64,000 bases of DNA, taken from assembly GCF_964204645.1 (NCBI RefSeq), contig NC_134025.1, positions 16,033,101-16,097,100 on the forward strand. The letters are read 5' to 3'. The first letter of the stretch is position 1. The number at the start of each line of letters is the position of its first letter. The notes beneath the pieces are model-generated. The model made no database searches, was not told the DNA's origin, and was given only the letters and a program-made list of their open reading frames with translations. This document shows, in pieces, positions 12,904 to 25,758 of the stretch. The translations under genes and the position numbers were made by a program. The DNA comes from Tubulanus polymorphus. Lineage: Eukaryota > Animalia > Nemertea.

Positions 12904-15900
12904 ATGGATTTAGAGAAATTAATTAATCTTGGCAAGAAATTGGGGTATGAAGGTAAAGAGTTGCAAAGTTACTGTTCTGAGCAACAGAATTTAGAAAGAG
13001 AACGTGAGCAACAGAATCTCGAACGTGAGGAGCGTAGGTTGCGTCGGGAACATGAGTTAAAAGTCCTGGAAGCACAAGCACGTTTACCAGCACCGGCACC
13101 TGGTGGTGGGATAGAACGGCTCCTAAACTACCCTGGTTTGACGAGAAGCGAGATGACATTGATGCCTATCTGCTGCGGTTTGAGAGACACGCAGTATGTC
13201 AAAAATGGGATAGAGCATTGTGGTCTGTTCATCTAAGCGCTTTTTTGTCAGGTAAGGCATTAGAAGTTTATTCTAGACTCCCTTCTACGGAGATAAATGA
13301 CTTTGATAAACTTAAATTGGCTTTACTTAAGAGATTTGCTCTCACAGAAGATGGCTTTAAAAAGAAATTAAAATCTTCTCGCCCTGAGACGGGCGAGACT
13401 TTTACACAATTCTCTGTACGACTAGAAAATTATGCCATACGTTGGATTGAATTGTCTGGTACAGAGAAGTCATATGATCAATTATTAGATTTAATCCTGC
13501 GTGATGCTTTTATTCAAGCTTGTAATCGGGATTTAGCTATGTTTCTCAAGGAACGGACGCCTAAATCTTTGTCTGAGATGGTTAAATTAGCTGATCAGTA
13601 TTGTGAGGCTCATGGTGGCGATGCAATTGGTTTGTCTCGTAGTAAGCCATCAAAACCAGCGTTTTCTAAACAGGTTTCAGTCCTGGAGAATAGTAAGACG
13701 TCCGAGAAACCGAGGGATGGGAACGATGGTATAACTTCGACTGAAGGTAAATCATCAAGGTTTAAGATTGCTAGACCGACTTGTGAATATTGCAATAAGA
13801 AGGGGCATACTGTTGAAAGATTTAATAGTAAACACCCTGATTTAAGACCAGTTCAAAACAGTTCTGCTGCTAGTTTAAGAGACAGTCATTGTTTATTTGA
13901 AACTAGTAATCTACCATTGTCTAAAGGTAAAGTAGGTAATTTTACTGTTGTTATGTTAAGAGACTCTGGTTGTAGTGGAGTTGTGGTGAGTAGACGTCTT
14001 GTTGACGCTTCTCAGTTTACAAATGAGACACAGGAATTTATTTGTGTCGATAGTAGGGTTATTCGCGCCCCAGTTGCGAGAATACATGTAGATACACCCT
14101 ATTATACTGGTGAATGTGATGCTTGGGTTATTGATTCCCCTAGTTACGAGTTAATTATAGGGAATATTCCGGGTGCTAGGCATCCGAATAATCCAAATGG
14201 TTTATGGCAGGTAGGCGAGACGCACGCAGTCCAGACTAGGGCTAAAAAATTGAGTGAGACTCGCAAGATGCCGCCGTTAGATGTTCCTGTTATTGAAGGT
14301 AATCAGTCACCTTCTGAGTTTATAAAGTCACAAGAACGTGATGAAACTTTATACAACGTACTTCGATTAGGCAAACAAGGTGTAGTGAAGTCTAAACCTA
14401 ATGGAGCAACGTCTCAGTTTGTTTTTAAAAATGGTATTCTTTTTAGGAGGTTTTCATCACCTAAGGTGAGAAACGGTCACGTATTCATGCAGGTAGTAGT
14501 TCCAAAATCCCATAGGTCGAAAGTCATGGCAGTTGCGCATGAATCTCCCATGAGTGGTCATATGGCTGCTGGCCGGACTAAGGACAGGGTACGCGAGCAT
14601 TTTTACTGGCCTGGTGTTGATTCGGACATTATTCGTTTCTGTCGCTCATGTGATATATGTCAAAAAACTTTTCCTAAAGGCAAAGTACCTAGAGCTCCAT
14701 TATGTAATCTTCCATTGATTGGCACCCCATTCGAGCGTGTTGCGGTTGATTTAATAGGTCCAATCACGCCTAAGACCGAAAAGGGTAACCGATATATTTT
14801 GACTCTAGTAGATTTTGCTACTCGGTATCCTGAGGCTATAGCATTACGCGCAATTGATGTAGAGCCGGTAGCAGAAGCTTTATTAGATATTTTTTCTAGA
14901 ATGGGTATACCTAGAGAAATCCTCTCTGACAATGGAGGCCAATTTACAGGTGAAATGATGAAAGAGGTACATAGATTGATTTCAGTCCGAGGCATAACGA
15001 CCACACCATACCATGCCATGGGGAATGGATTGTGCGAAAGATATAATGGCACTTTAAAGTCGATGCTGAAGAAGGTATGTAGTAATAAGCCCGAAACTTG
15101 GGATCGTTATCTGAGCGCAGTATTGTTTGCTTATAGAGAGGTGCCTCAGGAAAGTACAGGATTCTCCCCGTTTGAATTAATATATGGATTCAGAGTAAGA
15201 GGTCCAACCGCAGTTCTTAAAGAACTCTGGACAAAAGAGTTTCCAGATCCAGATGTGCAAACTGTGTACCAGTATGTATTAGATCTTAAAGATCGGTTTG
15301 AATTTTCTGTTAAATTAGCACAAGAAAATTTAACAAGTGCTGCTAAAAAACAAAAGAAGCAGTACGATCGTAAATCTAAACTGCGTAATCTGAAGGTTGG
15401 TGAAAGAGTTTTACTTTTACTACCAAGTAAGACAAATAAATTGCTTCTACAATGGAGGGGTCCATACTCTATTGTTGAGAAAGTTAATGATCTCGATTAC
15501 AGAATTAGGATAGGAAAAAAAGTTAAAGTGTATCATATAAATATGCTAAAACTTTATGTCGAAAGGGAACCAAACTGTGGATCAGTTGGAGTTGCAAATG
15601 TATCTGTTATTACATGCTCTACGTCAGAGGACGAAGTAAGTGACTTAATTGAATCCCTTTGTCCAACAGTTAAATCTAGTGAAACCCTAGATGATGTTAA
15701 GTTTGGTTCAGATCTGAGCCCTGATCAAGTGGTGTTAGCCAAACAAACTTTGACCGAGTTTACTGATATATTAACTGATTTGCCTGGTAAGACTGATGTT
15801 GTTCAGCATAACATTGTTTTAACTACGGAAAAACCTATCCGTACCAAACAGTATCCTCTTCCATTTAAGTTGCAGGATATATTGGAGAATGAGATCGTGA

Positions 15901-17099
15901 AAATGGAAAAGTTAGGTATTATAGAGGATTCATATTCTCCATATTGCTCTGCATTATTATTGGTAAAGAAACCTGATGGAACGAATAGGGTATGCATTGA
16001 TTTCCGCCCTATTAATCGTGTCACAGTATTCGATGCCGAGCCCATGGGAGACCCGGAGTTGCTCTTCACGAACCTAGCTGGTGCGAAGTATTTAACTCAA
16101 ATCGACTTGACTAAAGTATATTGGCAAGTACCATTACATCCTGATGCAAAAATATATACCGCTTTTGCAAGCAGCAAGGGTTTAAAACACTTCAAAATGA
16201 TGCCTTTTGGGCTGGTCAACGCTGGGGCTACATTCAATCGATTAGTTCGGCAGGTCATCAGCGGTTTATCATGTGTAAGTAATTTTGTAGATAACATTAT
16301 CGTCGCAACGAAAGAAACCTGGGAACATCATTTGTCCGTCATTGTAAGCCTATTTATTCGCCTGCGAAAAGCTGGTCTTACAGCTAGACCTAGCAAGTGT
16401 GAGGTAGGGTTTTCTAAGTTACCATGTTTAGGATTTGTTGTAGGTCAAGGTTCGTTAGAACTTAATGCAGAGAAAGTGGAACCTGTTATTCGGGCACAAC
16501 GCCCAGTAACGAAAAAACAGGTAAGATCGTTTATTGGAATGGTTTCATTTTACGCACGATTTATACCAGATTATGCTATGATTGCCACACCTTTAACGAA
16601 TCTTACACGTAAAGGTGAGCCAAATAAGGTGATTTGGGGCCCAGAAGAATATAGAGCATTTGAGACTCTTAAAAAAGCTCTTTGTTCAAGCCCCATACTT
16701 AAATTACCAGACTTTGAGAAAGTTTTCATTTTGTGCACCGATGCTTCTGATATAGCGCTTGGCGCAGTACTCTTACAGGAAAGTAATGAGGTCAAATTCC
16801 CTATCTGTTACGCCAGTAGGAAGTTAAAGCCCAGTGAAAAGAATTATGCTGTCATAGAAAAAGAGTGTCTGGCCATCATATGGGCAGTTAAGAAGTTTGA
16901 GCGATATCTATATCTATCTCAGTTTATTTTAGAAACTGATCACCAGCCACTTATTTACCTCAATCGTTCGAAAGTGAGCAATACACGACTTATGCGATGG
17001 GCACTAACTTTGCAACAATTTCAATTCACTGTTAGGGCTATTAAAGGTTCTGAAAATGTTGGAGCCGATTATCTCAGTAGAATATATAGTGCTGAGTAA
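12904..17099 (+). pseudogene. Gag-Pol polyprotein (Gag/SCAN-like, degenerate knuckle, protease, integrase, RT, RNase H) with one frameshift near 13110
   Basis: Protease LRDSGCS. Integrase HHCC (AHES..GH..CDIC) and D,D,E (VDLIG, SDNG, CERYN). RT CIDFR, IDLTKVYWQ and FVDN (expected xxDD). RNase H CTDASD..EKECLA..TDHQPL. The Gag N-terminus (12904) switches frame into PKLPWFDEKRDDIDAYLLRFE, which leads into the 13218 ORF. Confidence 0.9.
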
Positions 17100-17348
17100 A
17101 ACTAGAAATATTAAACTATAATGAATATAGATTATTCAAATTCTGGGTGATATTATTGTTTAAAGTGTATATTGTGTTTTTCCTTTCTTGTTCTAATACA
17201 GACCATGGATTGAACATTGTGACAGGTTGAACATTGGTGGTGTATACAGTTTTATATTTTGATACACATGTATATTATGTTTATTGCTTATATTGCTTTA
17301 GGTCGTGGTATTAAAATTGTGGGACAATTTTCTTATTGCGGGGGCATG

Positions 17349-18211
17349 TGTCACGACCTTGCATTCATAACTTCATATATTCATGCATTCTGCATGCATT
17401 CATAACTTCATATATTCATGCATTCTGCATGCATGCATAGCTTATAGCTAGCTGTGTGTTTGTTGGGATCGGCGCACCTTTCTCAATGTGACCATTCAAC
17501 CCTAGCGGTCAATTCTATATAAGATTTGGTTTAAGCGTCGTTTCACTAGACACGACAAACCCGTCCAGCTGTTAGGACACCGTATTGGGTGTAGTATAGT
17601 AACACATGTATGCTGTTCACGGGGTAAGTTAAACTATTCTAATATTCATTCTTAATAATCATTCCAAGAAAATTGCTTAATAGATAAACCATTTTATTGT
17701 TCTATCTTCGGATAAATCTTTGTATTATAATCAAATAACATTACAATTGAGACGCACGTTTGGTTTGCAGGGTTTATGACCCTTATAAATGTCGTAACAA
17801 TAATTGTTGTTGTCTTTTAGTTTGTGAATTATATCCACTCAGATACGTCAAGTGAGTGCGTGTCTCGAAACCTCCCGTACTCAAGCTACGTCGGTTAGTG
17901 CGGTTAACGTCTGAGCGCCTGATATTTCAGTTACTAACGGACGGACGTCAACATTCGCAATATCCTGGGAGACTCGTCATACGTTGATCAGTGTGCACCC
18001 ATCAAGGTCACGTCTCACTCGGATACCACCACGGCTCACTACTGGAGAAGTGTGATCAAACTCTAACTCTAACTCCATTCTAATTAACTGTAGAAGTTAC
18101 GTTGGAATAAATTTGTAATTCGTTTTGTTTTAATTTAAGAATTCTTGTCGTCCGTTGTTGATTCTCTGCTATCGGATATCCTATTGGGGTTTTCCACGGA
18201 CCCTCGTCACA
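17349..18211 (+). repeat. 3' LTR of the Gmr1-like element
   Basis: TGTCACG...CGTCACA, preceded by TTATTGCGGGGGCATG and followed by the TSD GATTC. Confidence 0.93.
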
Positions 18212-21200
18212 GATTCAGTTAAGCAAATGGCAGGATCTCAAGACACTCACGGAAGAGCTAGCACTGTGTTTAGATAAATATGCAACATATCTAAAGGAGA
18301 AAAATAGAGAAGTAACTGAAAATCATAGATCCTCGGAGCCAGTAAGAAACATAAGTGATGCTGGCCATTTGATGACATTACCTTACGGTCTTTCGTTTAC
18401 TGCAATGCATAACAAACTAGTGGGAACTTTATATGAACTTCTTTCTGAGAAACATGTCTTCGAACATGTATTTATCAATCAGTTCATGCCAGATGATCAA
18501 AAATTGAGGTATGAGATCATTGTTAGTTTGAAAAAGAATGGATTAAGATTTTCATGTAGTATGTATTCTTACAATTCTGGCAACAATCTTGGTTCTCTCC
18601 ATTTCATCTGGAAAACAAATAATGATGATAATGATATTGAAGTTGTGAACAAAAACTCACAAATTGTTGTTGAATTGTCAAAGTCAATGCCTGAATTTCA
18701 TACCAGAGAAATGAAAAGATCCGTACATAAAATTATTGGTACAGTTATCAAGGGGAAACCCATGGTATTTCGATCAATGTATAAAGTACTTACCGGTGAC
18801 AGCTCTGGCTCTTGTAACTCTGATGAGGCTGAAATTGATGCTCGGATGTGACTAGTTTTACTTGATGGCTGCGTTGACATTGTCTCTGACCTTAGAGCTC
18901 TCAATTCTGGCCGGAAGGCAGTATATGAACCTTTTATTCAGGAGGTTGAAAAATATATTAACGAGTCCTGTAATGTGGCTGTAGATGATCGTCGCCATGG
19001 AACTGTCTGTCATACAGCTACAGCACTGTCTGTGCCACAGTTGCATAAAGAGGTTTCGGGAAGATGCCCCCTGGTACACCAATTCCTTCTCAGGAATGGT
19101 TAAGGTTACAATTCTGGCCCAAAGATCCATATGCTAAGACAGCATTGCAATATACCGGTAGACTTGAATTAAAGTTTATGATTAAAAAAAGGCAATTCAG
19201 GGCTTCTCATATCGACATGCATTATTGTGCAGCATTATTTAAGTATGAGAGAGAGACGGCCATAAAACTTAGAGAGAATAGTTACTTTGTGTCAATTGAA
19301 CAAGCACAAATGCACAAAAGTTGGAGAGCGGGGATACCCTGTTGCTGCATGTGAGAGGAGCCGCCAGGTAATTGTTTCAACAAATTCTTCTTTTGAAGTA
19401 GGAGGCCATGATTTCACAAAGTTCGGGCTTATACCAAGTGTTTGTCTGCTTGTTGATGTTTCACCTCATATAACTGGATCCTTTTACAGAGGAAAATTTT
19501 CACTGAAAGATTCAATCTTCGAGTCATCACGCCCTATACGGCATGCAACAGAACTTCAAAGTATCCTTTTATCTGAGTCGCCACGTCCCATTTTATTCAT
19601 CTATTCTGATGGTGGACCCGATCACAGGCTAAACTACATAACTGTACAATTGTCCTATCTATGTTTATTCCTACAAATGGATCTAGAAATGCTTGTAGCT
19701 GTAAGGACAGCACCACATAATTCGTGGGCGAATCCAGTAGAACGAATAATGTCTATCATTAATATCGGGCTGCAGTGTATCGGTTTGATGAGAGACAAAG
19801 CATCAGAAAATGTTGAAATTCTTATCAAAGGTAGTAACTCCATGAAAGATATTAGGGAGGCTGCGGAGTAAAATGTTGGTACTCGGGAAGCTCTGTTGGC
19901 TTCAACAAAGCCAGTTAAAGAACTCATGGGTTCTGTTATCAGTAAGTTGAGTCTAAAAGATGAGAGTTTCCAGACAATTACTTCTGCCAAACAAGCAGAA
20001 ATTGATGATTTTTTCTGCGTCGTGAAAGATATTGATGAAGCACTTGATCCCGCAGACAAATCTTCATCAGTCAGAAAAAGTGAAGAGATAACCGCAATTA
20101 TGAAACACTGCAGTCAAATGGGGAAGTATAGTTTTTGCTTGAAAAAGTGCGGGCAATTTGATTGTAACATCTGTCGTTTGCCAAGCCTTCCCCAAGATGA
20201 GTTTGCTAGTCTAAGTTATCTGCCTTTTCCTATTGTTACCATTATAAATCATTCAATGAGGTGTATGGCACCAAAACAAAAGATGAACCGCCATCATCTA
20301 AAGAAGTAAAACCTGGGGCACACCTGATCCCGTTCAGCCCAACTGCCCAAACAGCAAAAAATGTTGGGTTAGTGGCAGTGTGTGTTGAATGTGAAAAGCC
20401 TAGAGTTGTTTATGCCTCACGTAAACTTCTCCTTCCAGAAAGGGATAGAGTTGAACAGATTTTGGAGTCAGTTTTCTTGTCTGTGGGACGTTAATGTCAG
20501 ATATTATAAAGAACTCAGACTTAGATGATGCAGATAATGGTGTGCTGGGTTCAAAGGTTTATGTCCGAGGAAACCTCACCTGCTTAGCACCTATCGAAAT
20601 CCCATACTACAGCTGTCAAATATTCAAAGACCTATGCACAAATTGTGCTGCTGATGAACGATTCTGTACTGGTCCAGGTACAGTTGACCTCTACCCAATA
20701 TGTGAGGACTGTTACAATGCCAAATTTGGAAAAGTGTTCAAAAGAAAAAGAAAACTGATGGATTCTGCTGAGTAGCTTTCTTTCTGTTCAAACAATTCGC
20801 AGAAAATTTGCATCGAATACTGTGCATTGCAACTGTTACAGAGTGAAATTTTGTATAGTGTATAACATTCACAAATATATATATGGATATGTGTTTTACA
20901 ATGTTAATTCTACTGAAGATATCTCTTAATATTCACAATTTATACTGTTTTGTTACATTCAGAATTATGAACAGGTATAACAACCGTTTTTCATTTCGTT
21001 TAGTTTGATCTTTTAGTTTAATTCAATAATTCAAGTTTAGAGAGTTTCTAAATTCTAAATAAAATTGTTTTGTATATATTCTACTTGTCAGTATTAGTCT
21101 GTGTTTGTGGTATTGGTAAAAAAAACCTCCCTCCCACGTTTATTCTATAAGACTCTGGTAAAACTTTTTATTTAAACTTTTTTTTTAAAAAAAAGCAATA

Positions 21201-22581
21201 AAAAAAAAATTCGTCCGCCCTCGTCACTTTCCAGAAAAATTTCTGAGAAACTAGGGTATTTCTTTGTGTGGCCTAATCTTCAAATGTTTTTATGTCATTT
21301 TCACCATATGCAGATTCTGTTTCAGTGCCTTTTTCTGCAAATAATAAGTTACATCATCCATATATGCATTGATGTAGGTGCATTTCATTTCTTGTTCAGA
21401 TCTTTCTTTTATTTCTGTATTACTTTGTTCACCAACGTTTGTATCATGATTAGACTTTTTCGATATACTCTCCGAGACTAAATGTATCATCCAGTATCCT
21501 GGGGTAGCTAGATTGCACTGAAGCATTGATGAATTAATATTGTTCAGCTGAATACATGTTGCTTAAATCTGAAGTAGATGCTTTTCCGAACATCCAGCTT
21601 CGTGCTCCATCAACACCTCTTTTCTGTTTATATGTTTTTTTTTATGGACACACTTTCTTCCCACGATGACTGCATCCATAACACACCTGATTCCGCTGAC
21701 GAGCTTGCTGAGGCTGAGCGTAGAACAAAATTTTCATCCTCACGTAAGGCTTTCAATTTGGTTGGATTCGGTAAATCCTTCAAAGCCTCATCATCATTAA
21801 TAATGGATGCGTCTTAATCTGATAAACGTACTTGCCACACGCGGAATTTTAACTTAGCTGATGCTGTGGAAAGATCAAAGAAATATCAATTTTAACGAAT
21901 AGGTGGCGATCTGCCCCAAAATGAGAAAATACAAGAAATTATTACCTTTATCGATGAGTGCATTCATAGTACCAGCCGTAAATGTATAGCTGTCCCCATC
22001 TAAGGCTGAGCCTGACACTTTAAAAACTGGCATTATTGCGTTGTTCGGACCCGACAGTTGAAACTGAATTGCACGCAGCACGACTGATCGAGTGTATCGT
22101 ATTATCCCGCCAAAATCGATAACTCGGCGTATTGCACATGTGCAACTGTTTGTATTGAAATCGTAGGTGGTAAGTCGTAAGTCAGTTATTGTAAGTAGTA
22201 AGTTGTAAGTCATAAATCGTAAGTCGTATGGCGGTCCTGGAATTCCGTATTAAGGTCCATAGCACATATTAATAGATTCCAACCTGTGGACGATGTTTTA
22301 AAACAAGAGCCCTGAGGGGCATGGCCAGCCAGTCAGCTTTGGCAAATGAAGCATTCTGTGGGTTATGTTTGTCAAAATACACTCTCTGCTCAGAGTCAAT
22401 ATAATTTACACAGCACATAATTTACATAGTCTAATCGATTTAAATCCGTAATAGAATTGAATTGTATTTCCTGAAATTTGTTCAATACAGTAAAATTGAA
22501 TTGGATTTGATATTTTGCCAAAAATATTGCCAGTGACTTAGTAATGAACACATTAAAGGTCAAGTGCCCTCTAATTCCAAA

Positions 22582-22681
<100 letters not shown>

Positions 22682-23644
22682 GATGAATGGTCCAGTGGCT
22701 CACCAAACTGGTGTAAAGTAGAAAACTCTGTCACGTAGGCTACCGGTATGTAAACTGGGGGTCCAGGGACACCATGCCCACTTGGGAAGTGGTTTCAGAT
22801 GCTCAACAATCTAACAATTTCAATATTACACGCCCCAATTACCTTGAAAATCACCATAATCATAGCACATGTCAGAGAACATGTCAGCAGTTACAATTTT
22901 GTAATTGATTGTGGTAACAAAATATGCCTACTATTCAATGCCCCCTGGTGATCATATGCAAAGCCCAATGACCTTGAAACTCACCATAATTATAGAACAT
23001 GTCATAAGCTACAACTATCCAATTGATTGTGGTAACAAAATATGCACAGGTATGAATATAATAAAGAAATACTAAGTTATTGCATTGTTCAACACCCCTT
23101 GTGGCCATATGCAAAAATCAATGACCTTGAAACTCACTACGATTATAGACCATGTCATGAGCTACAACATTCCAATTGATTATAGTAGCAAAATATGCAA
23201 AGGTACGAATATAATATAGAAATACTAAGTTATTGCATTGTTCAACGCCCCTTGTGGCCATATACAAAAACCAATGACTTTGAAACTCACCACGATCATA
23301 GACGATGTCATGAGCTACAACTTTCCAATTGATTGTGGTAACAAAATTTTCTTATGTATCAATATAATGTAGAAAAACTTTTTTTTACCTACGAATGAGT
23401 ACTGTGGCCGCCAATTGCGTCATAATTGCCTGATCAAATATACCTGTCTCGGGTATAAGAGATCCCTTTCCAAAGAATACCCATCACAAATTGCAATGAA
23501 AAATGGCAAACCATTAGGAAGCTACAGGACTCATAATTCAGGCCAAAATTGACTTTTTTGGGCACATAAAAGCTCACAGGACAGCCATCTCGAGTCCAAT
23601 CAACCCAATTTTTCCTCGTGCTGATGGGCCCTTGGCGAATAAAA

Positions 23645-24186
23645 GTCTACGCAGCGTAGAAGTCGAGGTCGATATTTAGACCTACATTTCATGATTTTAA
23701 CATATATCCGGCTTATAAGTCGAGTCCCTTCTCTTAGAAGAATAATTACTTATATCATTATATTGAATAGTTTGTTTTGATAACGATGTGCGCCTTGTGA
23801 TTGCTGCTGTGTGTTAATCAATAAACTGTTACACACACACTCAGGTATAATACACTACCATACAGTGATATATTAGTGTAAGTCACACGCTATATATAGC
23901 CTAATGTATTAAGCGCTGCTATGAGCGCGCATATATGAATACATCGTTTTAAATGAAGCTGTGTCAAAATGAAAGAAGATTTTTTCATTAAATAACTTTA
24001 TTTATCATGAATAATTACTCAAACTGTTATAGCAGTGGATGAACACTGTCTATTTTGTCCGGTAGAATCAATATTTCTTGTGACCGGAAAATACTTGAGA
24101 AAACTGTACTCGGCGTATAAGTCGAGGTCAATAATTTAGTGGTAAAATCAAGGATAAAAACTCGACTTATACGCCGTTTTTTACGG
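23645..24186. mobile_element. pogo/Tigger-like MITE fragment nested in the HINE
   Basis: Repeated CGTATAAGTCGAG motifs. The right end is CTCGACTTATACGCCGTTTTTTACGG followed by TA. The left end is not resolved. Confidence 0.55.
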
Positions 24187-25301
24187 TATATACAACGGAT
24201 CATGGTAATTGATTAAAGCGTCTTCAAAATTTCCCTCGAAAACTCTGAAGATGTGTATAAAGTGCTGATTTTGGCGAACAACAATGGCTTTCAGTCGGCC
24301 ATCTTGAATCTGACAGGGCCAGTTTTTGGACTGAAGATGTGTCTAGAGTAGATGTATAAACCAAATATCAAGACATTACCTTGAAGCGTCTTCAAAACTT
24401 CCCAAAATAACTGGATTCCGTCTACGGACGGACGAATGGACGGACGACGGACGAAAAGTGAACGCAATAGCCCGCTGGGACTTTAGTTCCAAGCGGGCTA
24501 TAAATGATTTCATTGAAAATTAAACAAGAAAAAAAAATATAAAAAAGGACTCAGTTTTGGTGAGTGTGAACTTTTGATAACTGACTTTTAACGAGAATGA
24601 AATCTTCGAAAAATTGTTTATGGGCCTTTTGTCTGAACAAATTCATAATTGTAATACATCCCTTGAATGATGTAAAACAACAAAAACTATGAGTTACCCG
24701 ATAAGATACGGTACAAACTTGGTGAGCCTGGGTCTCATCGAAGGTTTTTTCATTTTTATCATACTGACCAATCAGGACAGAAGAACCAGAACTTCTCACG
24801 CGTGTAAGCATCTAAAATTTTTGTTCTGAAAACAGGTTCATCATATATCATGTGTAATACAGTTTCCGATCCTCACTTCAAAAGTTAAGGACTAAATGAA
24901 ATGAGTTGTCGTCATCCGATTTACTCTTACTAAGATTCAGAGAAAGATGAGAAAGATTAATCTAATAGCATCTTGTACTGTGCTGAAAATGCGCGGCGTA
25001 GTTTGTAATATTTACTGCGGAGCCATTGTTTTAGTAACACGTGTAGCTCATCAAAATCAACGAAGCCGTTAATATTTAGATAAAGGATAATCTATTGATA
25101 GAAAAAGATTCCTTTAAAAATATTTGAACTTAAATCAAATATGCATACGCCTAGGGTCATCGTGACGAAAAAAACGTTTGTATCAATATGCAGATGAACT
25201 TTAAAGAATACTAATTTGCATTAAAAAACACCGTACTGGTTGACCAACATTGTGTAGTATATACTTGAAAACCAGATAGAAAGATTCTTTCTAGTTAAAT
25301 T

Positions 25302-25758
25302 CTAGATTACTATTGAAAAATGGATCATCTTCTCGATTTGTACTGTAACATCTTCTGGTTCAATGTTATATGTTCCATCTTTTGGTAATATTTCTTCAAT
25401 AACTGTATTTGTTACACTATTTTTTATGATTAATAAATGTTTTTTCAATATAAGATTTTCAGTTTTTTCTAATCTATTAATTAAATCTTTTCTTTCTGTT
25501 CTAGTTTTAATTACATTCCTATCGGGAGCTTTTAAATAATCTATTAATTTTTCATTTGTTTCAATATCATCTTTATATTCTTTATAATCACTATATCCAC
25601 TAAAAGGATATTCATTATCATTATTTAAATTAGAATAACATGCCGTTTCATCATCATTATCAATATTTGTTTCATTAAAATCAGGTTGTGGTTCATCACT
25701 TATACCACTCATCAAAAGTATCCATTGGAATATCTTCTCCACCTTCTACATCCATTTA
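25302..25758 (-). pseudogene. Acidic hypothetical protein of the virus-like cluster (frameshifted)
   Basis: MDVEGGEDIPMDTFDE.. shifts frame into ORF 25302-25742 (DEPQPDFNETNIDND..). Confidence 0.5.

Larger units (their letters stand above)
11565..18211 (+). mobile_element. Ty3/Gypsy LTR retrotransposon, Gmr1-like clade
   Basis: Two ~865-875 bp TG..CA LTRs. 5-bp TSD GATTC (11560-64 and 18212-16). tRNA-Leu PBS and a G-rich PPT-like tract before the 3' LTR. Gypsy-type domains, but with integrase upstream of RT. Confidence 0.95.
10306..20775 (+). pseudogene. Zator-like DDE transposase, three exons, disrupted by frameshifts, stops and the Gypsy insertion
   Basis: Exon 1 ends at 10895 (MIDGHQ|GT). 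Exon 2 is 11255-11407 (AG|DKLY..TLQQ|GT). Exon 3 starts at 11555 and resumes at 18217, reading PWIQLSKWQDLK.. in frame with the 18369 ORF. Catalytic region ~19287-19871, with Cys-rich C-terminal segments to 20775. The start codon is approximate. Confidence 0.75.
9992..21273 (+). mobile_element. Full-length Zator-like DNA transposon (~4.6 kb without the nested Gypsy)
   Basis: 30-bp TIRs GGCCACACAAAGAAATA(T/C)CCTAGTTTCTCA with one mismatch, TAA on both flanks (3-bp TWA TSD) and 5'-GG termini. Transposase motifs SDGGPDH and RTAPHNSWANPVERIMS resemble Zator DGGPDE / APGRSAxNxVERxM. Confidence 0.8.

Noticed and set aside
12904-13236. Programmed gag-pol frameshift
   Set aside because: The shift falls early within Gag and has no evident slippery heptamer. 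It is more likely a mutation.
13218-17099. Ty1/Copia classification from domain order
   Set aside because: The RT, RNase H and integrase motifs are Gypsy-type. The order is explained by the Gmr1 clade.
21277-21830. Coding-like minus-strand sequence, possibly continuing left of 9990
   Set aside because: It has many stops and no recognisable motif, so I cannot assign it.
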